NCBI RefSeq assembly: GCF_044704955.1
Contig: NC_091999.1
Span: 43,834,001 to 43,898,000 of the forward strand
Length of the DNA: 64,000 bases
Source of the DNA: Pristiophorus japonicus
Taxonomy: Eukaryota
Direction: 5' to 3'
This document shows, in pieces, positions 51,001 through 64,000 of this stretch (position 1 is the first letter of the stretch; the number at the start of each line of letters is the position of its first letter). The translations under genes were made by a program, and so were the position numbers. Below the pieces are notes generated by a model. The model worked only from the letters and a program-made list of their open reading frames with translations, was not told the DNA's origin and searched no databases.

Positions 51001-52759
51001 TATCAAAGGAAATAAATATTAAAATGAATAATTCAGTTCTGAAAGTTCTGCTGCTGAAATCAGTGGAACATCTCTGAACACGCTGCTATTCCACTGGATC
51101 TCCATTTTGTGGAAGATTAAACGCATTGAAACTAAGCAATTTCAACCGGTGACCATCAGTAATATCTGAGCGTTTCACGTATCGCAACTTCTATTTAAGA
51201 ATGTTGACATTTAGAAAAGCTAGCATTTATATAGCGCCCTTCGTGACCTCATGATGTCCCAAATGCTTTACAGCCAATGAATTACTTTGGAAGTGTTGTA
51301 TTGTTGGAAATGTGGCAACCATTCTGTGCACAGCAAGATCCCATACACAGCAATGAATAATGATCAGATGATCTGTTTTTCAGATGTTCTTTGAGGGACA
51401 AATGTTTTCCGTGGAAACCCTGGAGAACTCCTCAGCTGTTTAAGATAGTGAAATGAATCCTTTAAATCCACCTGAATGGGAAGATGGGGCATCAGCTTAA
51501 TGTTTGCCCCAAAAGCCGGCAGCTCTGACCGTGCAGCACACCCTCAGTACTGGCATCGGTCATACGGCACATATTATGGCCTCAGGTCTCTGGAGTGGGG
51601 TTTAGTATCTGTGAACTTCTGAGTCAGAGGCGAGAGTGATCCCACTGAGCCGAGGCTTGAACATATCACAGCTTGTATTTTAAAATGTTGCCATTCAGTT
51701 CATCCTGCCTGAAGTTCAGGGCCTGAGCACAGTATTACTCCGATCAGTTTATTATCATGCGTGAGGTCTCTTATCTTGTCCGGGATGTCATTTCCACACT
51801 GAGGTTTCCACTGGGTCTATATAAAAGTGCCAGCGATTCCACAAGGAACATCTGGAAGTGCCCGAGGCAGAAGGACTCACGGAACTTGAGTTTTACACTG
51901 TGTGAGCTGCAACATCAGAGCAGCTGAAAGCTAGGATTGTTCTCCTTAGAGCCGCGTAGGTTATGGGCCTCTTATTCGAGGTGCTCAAGAATATGAAGAG
52001 TTTTGATCGGGTAAAATGGGAGATACTCCATCACTCCCTCCCACTATCCTTCCCTCACACCACCCGTCTCTCCTTCCCTCCCACCCATCATCCCTCTCTC
52101 CCTCCATCCCTCCCACCCTCCACCCATCTCTCCTTTCCTCCCTCCCTTCATCAATCCGTCCCACCATCCCTGCCACCCTCCTTCCATTTCCAGTCCTCCA
52201 TACCTCCATTGTTCCACACATCAATCTCTCCCTCCCCGCACCCATCGCTCCCACCGTCCAAACATCCCTCCACCCCTCCATCACACCACCCCGCCCATGC
52301 TCCACTCCTCCCTACCTCCATCCCTCCCTCAGCTCAGCCGATTCTTATTTTCCCTTTGCAGTGTTTCTGCTTCCAACGATGAGGATTCCTGAGCTGGAAT
52401 GTTCTGCACCCAATTCCTCCACCGGGCTTTCATATATATTAATAAATAAGAGAGAGAGCGACAGCAAATCGATATATTTAACTGATGAGAAATAAAATGG
52501 TGACCTTTCCAGAGAGGGAGTTGGCTGGAGAAATGGCACTAGGTAGAAATTCGAGTTGGGGCAGTCGGGATAATTTTCCTTTATATAAATAAAAAAAAAT
52601 ATGGGTAACATCTTTAAAAATTGTTTTAAGTCATCGTCGAATTTCACTTCTCGTTTTCCCTCCCCATTCTCGCTGTTGAGGATGGGTCAGTGCCCGCCTG
52701 GAGCTTGTTGCCATTGTGTGTATGGTATGGTAGCTCGCAAGCTCTCGCTACACGGACAG

Positions 52760-55700
52760 ACTTGGAGAAGCTGGGGCTGTTCTCCATACAGCAGAGAAGG
52801 GTGAGGGGAGATTCAGTAGATTGGTACCTGCATGAGGGACTTCAGTTAAAGTGGAGACTGGAGAAGATGGGATTGCTCTCCTTGGAGTGGGCAAGATTGA
52901 GGGCATATGTAATAGAATGGTACCAGGGATGAGGGACTTCAGTTAATGTGGTGAGACAGGAGAAGATGGGATTCCCCATTTAGAGGATGAAAGTCTAAGA
53001 GAAGATTTGATGGACGGTTTTGAAATCATCAATGGATTAGACAGAGTATATAAACAGAAAATGTTTCAGAGGGATTGCGATTGACAAAGGAACAAGAAGT
53101 TATATGTCGACGAAATTCTCTACCCAACCACGAATTAGGATTTAGAATGTACTGCATGATAGGGTGGTAGATACAGATTCAATAGTAGCCTTCAAAAGGA
53201 AATTGTGTAAATATTTGAAGGAGAAAAAATGCAGTGATATAGGGAAGGAGCTTGGGATTGACATTAACTGGATTATTCTTTGAAAGAGCTGCCACAGACT
53301 ATATCGGCTGAATGGCCACCGTCTGTGCTGTACTAATCGATGAGTGACCATAACATGGTTGAATTTCACATTCAATTAGTGGAGGGTGGGGTGGGGGGAG
53401 CTGGTGGGTGAGAGTTGGTTCACAAACCAGCGTCCTAAGTTTAAATGAAGGATACTATGAGGGCAGAGTTGGCCAAAGTGGACTGGGAAAATAGATAAAG
53501 GGATGGGACAGATGATGAGCAGAGGCAGATATTTAAGGAGATATTTCATAACTCGAAACAAAAATATATCCCAATGAGAAGGCAACACTGCATGAGATAG
53601 GGATAACCATCCGTGGCTAACTAAGGAAATAAGGGAAGGTATCAAATTTAAGACTAGTGGGAGGTCAGAGGATTGGGAAACTTTTAAAAGCTAGCAAAGA
53701 AATAATAAATGATAAAGAGAGGGAAGATATATTCTGAAAGTAAACTAGCACGAAATATAAAAACAGATAGTAAGAGTTTCTACAGGTGCATAAAAAGGAA
53801 AAGTTTGGCTAAAGTAAATATTGGTCACCGAGACAATGAGACTGGGCAATTAATTACGGAGACCAAGGAAATGGCAAAGTCGTTGAAGAAATATGTTGTA
53901 TTTGTCTTCACGGTATAATACATTAAAAACATTCCAATAGTGGAACATCAATGGCTATAGGGAGGGAGGAAGTTATTACAATCATGATCACTAATGAAGT
54001 AGTACTTGGTAAAATAATGGAACTCAAGACGGACAAGTCCCCTGGAGCTGACGGATTACATCTTCGGGTCCTAAAAGTAGTGACTGCAGAGATAGTGGAT
54101 GCTTTGGCTGTAATCTACCAAAATGTCCTGGATTCTGGGGCGGGCCCAGCAGATTGGAAAATTGCAAATATAACGTCACAATTTAAAACTGAAGGCAGAC
54201 AAAAAGCAAGAAACTATATGAGACGAACGTCAGCCATTGGGAAAAAAGTTGGAGTCCATTCAGGAAGCAGTAGCGGGACATTTGGAAAAGCATCATTCAA
54301 TCAAGCAGAGTCAGCATGGTTTAATGAAAGGGAAATCATGTTTGAAAAATTTGCTGGAGTTCTTTGAAGATGTAACGAGCAGAGTGGATAAGGGGGGACC
54401 AGTGGATGTGGTGTATTTGTATTTCCAGAATGCATTCGATAAGGTGCCATATAAAAGGTTATTGCACAAGATAAAAGTTCACGGAGTTGTGGTTAATATA
54501 CTCGCATGGATAGCGTATTGGCTAACTAGCTGATCGGTTAATCGGGATATTTGGGTTATTTTCTGGTTTGCAAACAGTGACTAGTGGGGTGCCGCAGGGA
54601 TCGGTACTTGGTCCTCAACTATTAACAATCTGTAGTAATGACTAGGATGAAGCCACTGAGTGTAATGTTGCCAAGTTTGCTGATGATACAAAGATGGGTG
54701 AGAAAGCAAATTGTGACGTCGACACAAAAATCTGCAAAGGGATTTAGACAGGCTAAGTGAGTGGGCAGAACTGTAGAGGATATTGTACGAGAGTACTGCG
54801 TAAGGTTTTGGTCTCCATATTTCAGGAACGATATAATTACATTGGAGGCTGTCCAGAGAAGGTTTACTAGGATGAGTCCGGAGATGAGGAGGCTGACTTA
54901 TGAAGATAGGTTGAGTAGGTTGAGCCGGTACACATTGGAGTTCAGAAGAATGAGAAGTGATTTTACTGAAACATAGGATAACGAGGGGGCTCAACAAGGT
55001 GAATCCAGAGAGGATATTTCTTATTTTTTATGTATATTGCACTGGGCACAGTAGCTGTTTATATTACACTAGACCTTGTCTTTATAATACACTAGACCCT
55101 GACTCTGTGTGTATTACACTGGGCCCTGCCTCTGTTTATATTACACTAGACCCAGTCTCCCTTCATGTTGCACTAGGTCGTGTATCATTGCACTTCAAAA
55201 GAAGTCCCAGCAGATTGGAAAACTGCAAATGTAAAGCGCCTATTTAAAAAAGGAGGAAGCCGGAAAGCAGGAAACTATAGACCAGGTAGCCTAAAATCTG
55301 TGTTTGGGAAATTGTTAAATAAGCTTTAGCAGGATATTTGGAAAAGCATAATTCGGTCAGGCAGAGTCAGCATAAATTTATGAAGAGGAAGTCATGTTTG
55401 CAAAAATTGCTGGAAATCTTTGAGGATGTAACGAACAGGGTGGATAAAGGGGAACTAGTGAATGTGGTGTATTTCGACTTCCAGAAGGCATTTGACATGG
55501 TGCCACATAAAAGGTTACTTCACAAGATAAACCTTCACGGGGTTGGGTTTATATATTAGTATTGATAGAGGATTGTCTAATTAAAAGAAAACAGAGATTC
55601 GGGCTAAATTGTTCATTCTCGGTTTGGCAATCAGTAAATGGTGGCGTGCCGCAGGGATCAGTGCTGGGGTCCCAGCTATTTACAATCAATACTAACGAAT

Positions 55701-56640
55701 TGAATGAAGGGACCGAGTATAACACAGAGAAGCTCGTTGACGATAGAAAGATGTGAGGAAAAGCAATATGTAAGGAGGACACAAAATATCTGCAAAAGGA
55801 CATAGACAGGCCATGTGAGTGGGAAAAACTTTGACAGATGGAGTATAATGTAAGAAAGTGTGAGATCATGCACTTTGGCATTACAAATCAAAGAGCAACG
55901 TTTTAATTAAATGAAGAAATATTGCCAAGTGCTGCAGTACAGCGGGACCTGGGGGTACTTGTGCATGAAACACAAAAGGTTAATATGCAGGTAAAGGAAG
56001 TGATCAGGAAGGTAAATGGAATTTTGGCCTTTATTACAAAGGGGATGGAGTATAACAGCAGGTTGGTCTTGCTACAGTTGTACAAAGTATTGGTGAGGCC
56101 ACACCTGGAAAAATGCGTACAGCTTTGTTTTCCACATTTACGAAAGATTATACTTGCTTTGTAGGCAGTCCAGAGAATGTTCACTAGGTTGAATGCGGAG
56201 ATGAGGGGCTTAACTGACGAGGAATGGTTGAGGAGGTTCGGCATCTACTCATTGGAATTCAGAAGAATGAGTAGTGATCTTATCGAAAAGGTGGCGACAG
56301 AGAGGATCTTTCCACTGATAGGGTAGACTGGAGCTCGGGGCATAATCTTAGAATAAGGGGCCGACCAGTTAACACTGAGATGAGGAGGAACTTCTTTTCT
56401 CAGAGGGTTGTAAATCTGTGGAATTCATTGCCTCAGAGAGCTGTGGATTCCGAGAAATTGAATAATTTTAAGACAGAGATAGACAGTTTTTATGCGATAA
56501 GAGATTAATGGGTTACGGCGAGCACACAAGGAATTGGATCTGAATCCATGATCGGATCAGCCATGATCATATTGAATGGCGGAGCAGGCTCGAGGGGCCG
56601 TATGGCCGACTCCTGCTTCTATTTCTTATATGCTTATGGT
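52760..56640 (+). mobile_element. Cluster of degenerate CR1 ORF2 fragments
   Basis: KTDSKSFYRCIK, KSPGADGLHLRVLK, QHGLMKGKSC and GGVPQGSVLG remnants with many stops. Confidence 0.85.
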
Positions 56641-57075
56641 TTTCTAATGTTACAATATCTGTTTGTGTCGGCCTAGGCTCAGTGTGTCTCACTTCGCTCC
56701 GGTCTCAGATAGTTTTGGGATAAACTCGCACGCCAAGGAATGTATCTCTATTTATTGTAGAACAGACCCTGTCTTCGTTATTTGTGCACTTGACCATGCG
56801 TCTGTTAGATAGACAAAGATATATAGACGGTGGATAGATATTAATAAAAATAAAGATATTTATGTGTGTGGGTGGGAGGATGCAATACTTTTTTGGTTAG
56901 AACATAGGTTTCGTTTCACTAATAGGTAACAAGAGTTGTGGGCAATGTCAAATTGATCTGGTATTGTGTCTGTAATATTTGTGTGAGCGGATGGGGTGAA
57001 CATTGTAACAATCTCCCAGAGATGGACTGGGATTGAGGGACAGGACTGAAGGGGAGCAATTCACTGCACTTTGCA

Positions 57076-57318
57076 CTACTTAGTGGCACTCGGTGTGTTA
57101 AAGATTACTAATTCACACTTGTGTTGTCCTGTGCCAATTGCTCCCAGTTCTTTAATGTTAAGGATTGTTTTTCCTGCAGTATTTTCTATTGAGCTTTCAC
57201 GTGACCCATTGATTGTGTCAGACCGAGCCTGGAACCGTGATCTCAGAGTACCGCCGGATGTGCGGCCGCAGGGTCCAAACATCCACCGGAATATAAATCA
57301 TCTGCTTAAGACGAACAA
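57076..57318 (-). pseudogene. Degenerate Ig-superfamily (V/I-like) exon, copy B
   Basis: CTCTTTTCAG acceptor; VVRLKQ..WTLR/RTSGGTLRSRFQARSD..SSIENTAGKTILNIKELGAIGTGQHKCELV. Confidence 0.5.
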
Positions 57319-57341
57319 CTGAAAAGAGCACACACACAGTG

Positions 57342-57615
57342 NNNNNNNNNNNNNNNNNNNNNNNNNNNNNNNNNNNNNNNNNNNNNNNNNNNNNNNNNNN
57401 NNNNNNNNNNNNNNNNNNNNNNNNNNNNNNNNNNNNNNNNNNNNNNNNNNNNNNNNNNNNNNNNNNNNNNNNNNNNNNNNNNNNNNNNNNNNNNNNNNNN
57501 NNNNNNNNNNNNNNNNNNNNNNNNNNNNNNNNNNNNNNNNNNNNNNNNNNNNNNNNNNNNNNNNNNNNNNNNNNNNNNNNNNNNNNNNNNNNNNNNNNNN
57601 NNNNNNNNNNNNNNN
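57342..57615. other. Assembly gap or masked sequence (274 N)
   Basis: Run of N. Confidence 1.
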
Positions 57616-58099
57616 CATAAGGTGTGCAAGTGCATTCCACAAAGGTAAACTATTAGCTCCAACCATTATTTTTCAGCATTTTATTTTATTTAACAGCTAA
57701 TTGCAGATCGTTTAATACCTTTAACATTTATTGATAACACATTGTCTTGCTTGCTCTTCTTTAGAAAGCGATGTCACACTGACCATTCTGTTATCAAGTT
57801 GACCATGTATGTCCGCAGTATTCAGTGGGAAAGTGGATTAAATCACACCGAGAATAATGAGCATCCAGCCACCAGTCTCAGCGCTTTATTGTCCAGTGAT
57901 CACCTCACCATCACACAGAATCCGCTGATATACACGTCAAGTGTATGATTATTGGTGCAAGTGATGGTAAGCATGAAACTTCACCTGTACCTGGCATGAG
58001 GTTAATAAATCTGTAACGATCGGACTTATTGTCTCTCTCATTACGCCAGACCCCTTCGCAGTTTTTACTGCAGTAGACTCAGACTCAGTTTTTTTGGTT

Positions 58100-59240
58100 G
58101 ATGTGATGGACTTCCAAAAGGCATTTGATAAAGTGCTTTGATAATATCCTTGCCAGCAAAGTTGAAACCCATAGAATATAAGGGACAGTGGCATCATGGA
58201 TATGAAATTGGCTGAGTGACAGGAGTCAGAGAGCTGTGGGTTTTTTTTGGACTGGAGGGAGGTATACAGTGGTGTTTCGCAGCGGCTGGTTCTAGGAACA
58301 TTGCTTTTCTTGATTTATATTCATGACCTGGATTCGGGTGTACTGGGCACAAGTTCAACATTTTCAAACGATTCAAAGCTTGGAAGTTTAGTGAACAGTG
58401 AGGAGAGGAGGATAGTGATGACTTCAAGAGGGCAGCGACATGCTGGTGGAATAGACGGACACGTGGCAAATGAAACGCAGAAAAGTGTGAAGTTATACAT
58501 TTTGGTAGGAAGAACGAAGAGAGGAACATTAACTGAAGGGTACAATACTAAAAGCTGTGATGAACGTAGGGACCTGGGGCTATATATGCAAAAATCTTTG
58601 AAGGTGGCAGGGCAGGTTGAGAAAGTGTTTTAAAAAACATATGGGATCCTGGGCTTCATAAATAGAGGAATAGAATATATAAGCAAAGAATTTATGATGA
58701 ACCTGTGTAAAACACGGTTTCGACCTCAACCTATTACTGTGTCCAATTCTGCGCACCGTACTTTAGGAAGGATGTGAACGCCTTAGAGCGGGTGCAGAAA
58801 ATATTTACTTGTGGTTCCACGGATAAGGTACTGCAGTTATGTGGATAGACTGGAGAAGCTGGGGTTGTTCTCCTTAGAGCACAGAATTTTGAGATGAGAC
58901 AAAATAGAGGTGTTCTGAATCATAAGGGGTCGAGACAGAGTAGCTGGAGAGAAACCGTTCCCATTGGCGGAAGGGTCGAGAACAGGATACAGATTTATCA
59001 CAATTGCAGAACAACCTAAATTTACATGTGGAAAAATTAGGATCTGGAATGCACTGCCTGAAAGAGTGGTGGAGACAGATTCAATCATGGCATGGAATTG
59101 GATAAGTTCCTGAAGGAAGAACAATCACAGGGTTACCGGAAAGGGCAGGGGAGTGGACTAGCTGAAATACTCTTGCAGAGGGCGGCATGCTCTATACGGG
59201 CCGAATGACTCTCTTCTGTGCCATAATTCTATAATTCTAT
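58100..59240 (+). mobile_element. Old CR1 fragment shared with the paralogous block at 48160-49010
   Basis: GTLLFLIYIHDLD and KSLKVAGQVEK remnants. Confidence 0.8.
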
Positions 59241-60654
59241 ACACCAGGGACTGTCTCAGGTATTACTATGCGAGACCCTCTTCAAGTTTATATTACCCCT
59301 GCCACAACGTTAAAAATTTACTCGCTCCACCACCGGCGCACCATGTCTGCAGTGATTACTATCCACAAGGTGCATTGCAGCAACTCGCCAAGACATCTTC
59401 GACAGCACTTTCCAAACCTACGACCTCTTTCACCTAGAAGAACAAAGGCCGCAGGCTCCTGGGATCACAATCACCTCCAAGTTCGCCTCCAAATCACACA
59501 CCATCTTGACTTGGAAATTTATTACCATTGCTTAATAATCGCTGGGTCAAATTCGTGCAACCCGCTCTCTAACACTGTGGGAGTGCCTTCACCACACGGT
59601 CTACAGCGGGTCAAAGGGGCAGCTCACAACCTGCTTCTCAAGACCTATTATGGATAGGCAATTAATGTTGGCTTTGATTGCACTGTCTGAATGATTGCTG
59701 AGACAGATTCAATCATGGCATGGAATTGGATATGTTCCTGAAGAAAGAACAATCACAGGGCTACGTGAAAGGGCAGTCGAGTGGACCAGCTGAAATACTC
59801 TTGCAGAGAGCGGCATGCTCTATATGGGCCGAATGACTCTCACCCCCGCATGACAGGAATGAATAAAACAATGTCCCTGTATCAGCAATTACTGCACTAG
59901 GCCCTACCTCAGTTATTACAGTAATAGAACTATTAATATTGTATTAGGCCCTGTCTCATATATTACTGGAATAGGCAATGCCTTTGATTCTATTACACAA
60001 GTCCCCGTCTCTGTTAATATTAAACTAGACACGGACGCTGTATATATTACTCTAGACCCATCATTTCACTTTAGTAAAATAGACAATGTCTCTGCTTCTG
60101 TTAAATTTGACCCTGTCATCGTTATTAATGCACTAAGCACTGTAACTCACAGGTCAGGTACAGCATGTGCCAGATACAGAGTAAACCGACCTCTACACTG
60201 TCACATCGAACATTCCCAGGACAGGTACAGTACGGGTTAGATACAGAAAAATGGACTATATACACAGTCCCATTAAATACTTACAAGGTAGGTACCGTAC
60301 AGGTTACATACAGTGTAAAGCTCCCGCGACTCTGTCCCATCAAACACTCCCAGGGCAGGTGCAGCACGAGTCAGATCCAGAGTAAAGCGAGCTCTACACT
60401 GTCCCATCAAACACTGGGGCAGGAAGAGCACAGTTTAAATACTCCCAGGTAGTTTAATGCAGAGGTCACATCTTGGTTAAAGCTCCCTCTACGCATTCCA
60501 ATCAAGTTGATTCGAGGCGTAACATTAGGGTTCAAGGAAAACTTTTGTTAGATTTTAATATCTAGTTGTGGGAGATGGCCAATTATCCATTCTTGAGAGA
60601 CAATAGGAAAAGTAGGAATAGGAGAGGGAGAGGATACAGGGAATCTCCACTTAC

Positions 60655-62604
60655 ACATTTGTGATGTTACTGTAGGCGGTGAATAGGATCTTTCCCCATT
60701 CTGTCCATGGGTATCATCTTTACTTTATTCTCCTATAATTTAGAGAAATGCCCCCCCAAAAAATTTCTACTGGAATCCGTTAAGAAATTTGCATTTATTT
60801 CTCTGTTTATTTCTATGCTGTGTTGGTGGGGAAACATTTAAATTGTTTCTGTCACTCAATACTCTAATCTGGGACTTCTATTGCTGTGTTTATTTACATA
60901 ACCGACTCACTGGGTCCCATGAAATGTTCATGGCTGTAAAATCAGATCAACAGAGTTATTTATTGATGCGTCTCCTCTCACAACAAGTGTTTATTTTAAA
61001 AATATTGAAAGTTGGTACAACATTAATAGAAAATTCTCCCAACAGTGAGGTTTGCTTCAGTTTTGTTCAATTAGAACAGATGTCATTCATACCAAAGGAA
61101 TATATAGTAAAATGAATAATTCAGTTCTGACAGCTCTACTGCCAAAATTAATGGAACATCTCTGAAAAGGCTGCTATTCCACTGGATCTCCATTTAGTGG
61201 AAGATTTAAACCATTGAAAATAAACAAGTAAAATGGGTGACCAGAGGAGTGTCCTACAATCACATTAATATCTGGGCTTTTCACATATCGCAACTTGTAT
61301 TTACAAATGTTGACATTTAGAAACACCTTGCATTTATATAGTGACTTTCTTGACCTCATGATGTCCCAAATTGTTTTACAGCCAATGAATTACTTTGGAA
61401 GTGTGCTCACTGTTGTAATGTAGGAAACGCGGCAGCCAATGTGTGTGCAGCAAGCTCCAACAAAGAGCATGAAATATTGATCAGATAATTTGTTTTTCAG
61501 ATGTTGGTTGAAGTGTAAATATTTGCACTGGAAACCCTGGAGAACTCATGTGCTCTTCAGTATAGTGCCATGAATCCTTTAAATCCAACTGAGCAGAAAG
61601 TTGAATCCTCAACTTATTGTCTGCCCCGAAAGACGTTATCTCTGACAGTGCAGCACTCCCTCAGTACTGGCGCCGGGCGTGTCGGCATAGATTATTGGCT
61701 CAGGTTTCTGGAGTGTGGATTAATATCTGTGACCTTCTGATTCGCAGGCCAGAGTGAACCCACTGAGCCGAGCCTTGAACATCTAACAGCGTGTACTTTA
61801 AAATGTTCACATTCAGCTCATCGTGTCTGAAGTTCAGGGCCTGAGCCCAGTCTTATAGCGATCTATTTAGTTTCAGGGGCGAATTCTCTTATTTTGCCTG
61901 GGATGTCATTCTCACACTGGGATTTCCACTGGTTCGATATAAAAGTGACACCGACTCCGCAAGGAACATCTGGATGTGCCTTAGGTAGAAGGACTCACGG
62001 AACTTGAGCTGCACCATCAAAGCAACTGGAAGCTAGGATTGTTCTCCTTAGAGACGATCACGTTATGGGCCACTTAATAGAGGTGTTCCAAATCATGAAG
62101 AGTTTTGATGGGGTAAATTGGGAGATACTCCATCACTTCCCCCATCATCCCTCTCGCCATCCACCCGTCTCTCCTTCCTTCCCTCCCTTCATTCTTACCT
62201 CCGTACATACCTCCATCCCTACCTCTATCAAGCGCTCCCTTCCTGCAACCATCCCTCCCTCCCTCCGCCCATCCCTCCACCGTTCCATCACTTCATCCCT
62301 CCCTTGCTCCACTCCACCCTCCACTCTTTCCTCCCTCAGTCCAAACGATTATTATTGTTCCCTTTGCAGAGTTTCTGCTTCCATCGATGACGATTCCCCA
62401 GCTGGAATTTTCTGCACACAATTCCTTCAGCGGGTTTTCATATGTATTAACAAATAAGAGACAGAGCGATGGCAAATATATATATTGAAGCCCCCACCCG
62501 AAAAAAACAGACAAGAAAAAAAATGCTTACCTTTCAGGAGAGGTAGTTGGCTGGGGAACTGTCACTGGGTCGAAGTTCTGGCTGCGGCAGTCACGATATA
62601 TTTC
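60655..62604 (-). pseudogene. Putative decayed stalk (62531-62604), TM (~62365-62485), mini (60911-60933) and Tyr-motif (60655-60732) exons of a receptor gene; paralogs at 50.6-52.6 kb and 34.9-35.2 kb
   Basis: AG/GT pairs with GTAAGC, GTGAGT and GTAAGT donors; IYIFAIALSL/LLIHMKTR hydrophobic-then-basic remnant; TAYSNI motif; stops and frameshifts present. Confidence 0.4.
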
Positions 62605-63079
62605 CTTTTTTAAATAAAAAAAATAAGTTAACAATTTTTTAAAAATTACAAGACATCGTCGGCTTTCAGCTGCTCTTTTTTCCTCCGTCATTTCGCTGTT
62701 GAGGACTGGCCAGCGCCAGCCTGGAGCTCGCTGCATTGTGTGCACGGGATGGTAGGACGCAAGCTCTCACTACGTGGCCAGACTTGGAGAAGCTGGGGTT
62801 GTTCTCCTTACAGCAGAGAAGGTTGAGGGGAGATTTACCAGATTGGTACCAGGGATGAATGACTGGAAACCCTAGTTCAGCCCCAGCTAGAGTATTGTGT
62901 CTAAATTTGGGCACCATACTTTTGGTAGGACGTGAAGAATTCCGAGAGGATCTAGAAGAGATTTACTGGAAATGTATCAGGGATGGAGGATTGAAATTAT
63001 ATGGAGAGACTAGAGAAACTGGAGCTGTTGTCCTTAGACCAGAAAAGGTTAAGAGGAGAGGAGATTTAGTAAATGATAA

Positions 63080-64000
63080 GCACATAAGAACATAATAAAA
63101 AGGAGCTGGAGTCGGCCATACAGCCCCTCGAGCCTTTTGCGCCACTCAATACAATCATGGCTGATCTGACCATGGACTGATCTCCACTTCCCCGTCCGCT
63201 CCCTATAAACCTTTATCCCCTTATCGTTTAAGAAAAGATCAAATCTGTCTTAAATTTATTCAATATCCCACTTCCACAGCTCTCTGCGGCAGCGAATTCC
63301 ACAAACTTACAACTCTCTGAGAGAAGAAATTTCTCCTCATATCTGTTTTAAATGGGTGCCCCCATTCTAAGATCGGGCCCTCTAGTTCTAGTCTGCCCCA
63401 TCAGTGGAAACATCCTCTCTGCATCCACTTTGTCAAGCCCCTTCATAATCGTATACGTTTCGATAAGATCACCTCTCATTCTTCTGAATTCCAATGAGTA
63501 GAGACCCAACCTACTCAACCTTTCCTCATAAGTCAAACCCCTCATCCCCAGAATCAACCTAGTGAAACTTCTCTGAACTGCCTGCAAAGCAAGTAAATCC
63601 TTCTGTAAATACGGAAACAAAAACTGCACGCAGTATTCCAAATGTGGCCTCAGCAATACCTTATATAGGTGTAGCATGACTTCCCTGCTTTTATACTCCA
63701 TCTCCTTTGCAATGAAGACCAAAATTCCATTGGCCTTCCTGATCACTTGCTATACCTGCATACTATCCTTTTGTGTTTCATGCACAAGTAACCCCAGGTC
63801 CCGCTGTACTGCGGCACATTGCAATCTATCTCCATTTAAATAATAATGTTGTTTATTTTCTTTCGGCCAAAGTGCATGACCTCTCATTTTACAACATCAG
63901 ACTCCATCTGGCAATTGTTTTCTCACTTACTTAGCCTGTCTATGTCTTTTTGCAGATTTCTTGTATCCTCCTCACACACTACTTTTCCTTCCATCTTTTT
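63080..64000 (-). mobile_element. CR1 3' portion
   Basis: ORF 63348-63746 is an RT C-terminus; CATAAGAACATAA tail at ~63082. Confidence 0.9.

Larger units (their letters stand above)
46490..62850. repeat. Old segmental tandem duplication with ~10-kb period (46.5-52.9 kb vs 56.8-62.9 kb); third partial paralog at ~34.8-36.3 kb
   Basis: Colinear unique matches: GAGCCTGGAACCGTGA at ~46946 and ~57225; GTGCAAGTGCATTCCACAAAG after both gaps; TCTAATCTGGGAC at ~35086, ~50776 and ~60863; GGACTCACGGAACTTGAG at ~51873 and ~61991. Confidence 0.9.

Noticed and set aside
51963-52495. Pro/Ser/His-rich ORFs here and at 62065-62457, plus TATAAAA boxes at ~51820 and ~61938 suggesting a plus-strand gene
   Set aside because: Derived from a CCAT/CCCT low-complexity tract; paralog substitutions in the following unique part favour a minus-strand frame instead

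Overview
Eukaryotic DNA from a cartilaginous fish (shark or ray, inferred from the Ig sequence style, the cluster layout and the CR1/Deu-SINE repeats). The minus strand carries one complete cluster-type IgM heavy-chain locus (22240->~3804): CRE-type promoter, leader, one intact VH with a 23-RSS, CH1-CH4 with secretory tail, TM1 and TM2. Instead of the usual D1, D2 and JH segments there is one fused D-J block behind a single 12-RSS. This V-(D)J partially germline-joined heavy chain would rearrange in one step with a nearly fixed CDR3. TM2 lacks one G, so the membrane form is frameshifted as assembled. A near full-length CR1 LINE sits head-to-head about 220 bp upstream of the VH promoter. Upstream (34-64 kb) are three diverged paralogous blocks with ~10 kb period, buried in CR1 fragments and 27-bp/67-bp satellites. 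They appear to hold decayed exons of a single-Ig-domain transmembrane receptor family (Ig-like, stalk, TM and Tyr-motif exons); this reading is inferential. Three N gaps are present. All alignments and translations were done by eye, and repeat boundaries are approximate.
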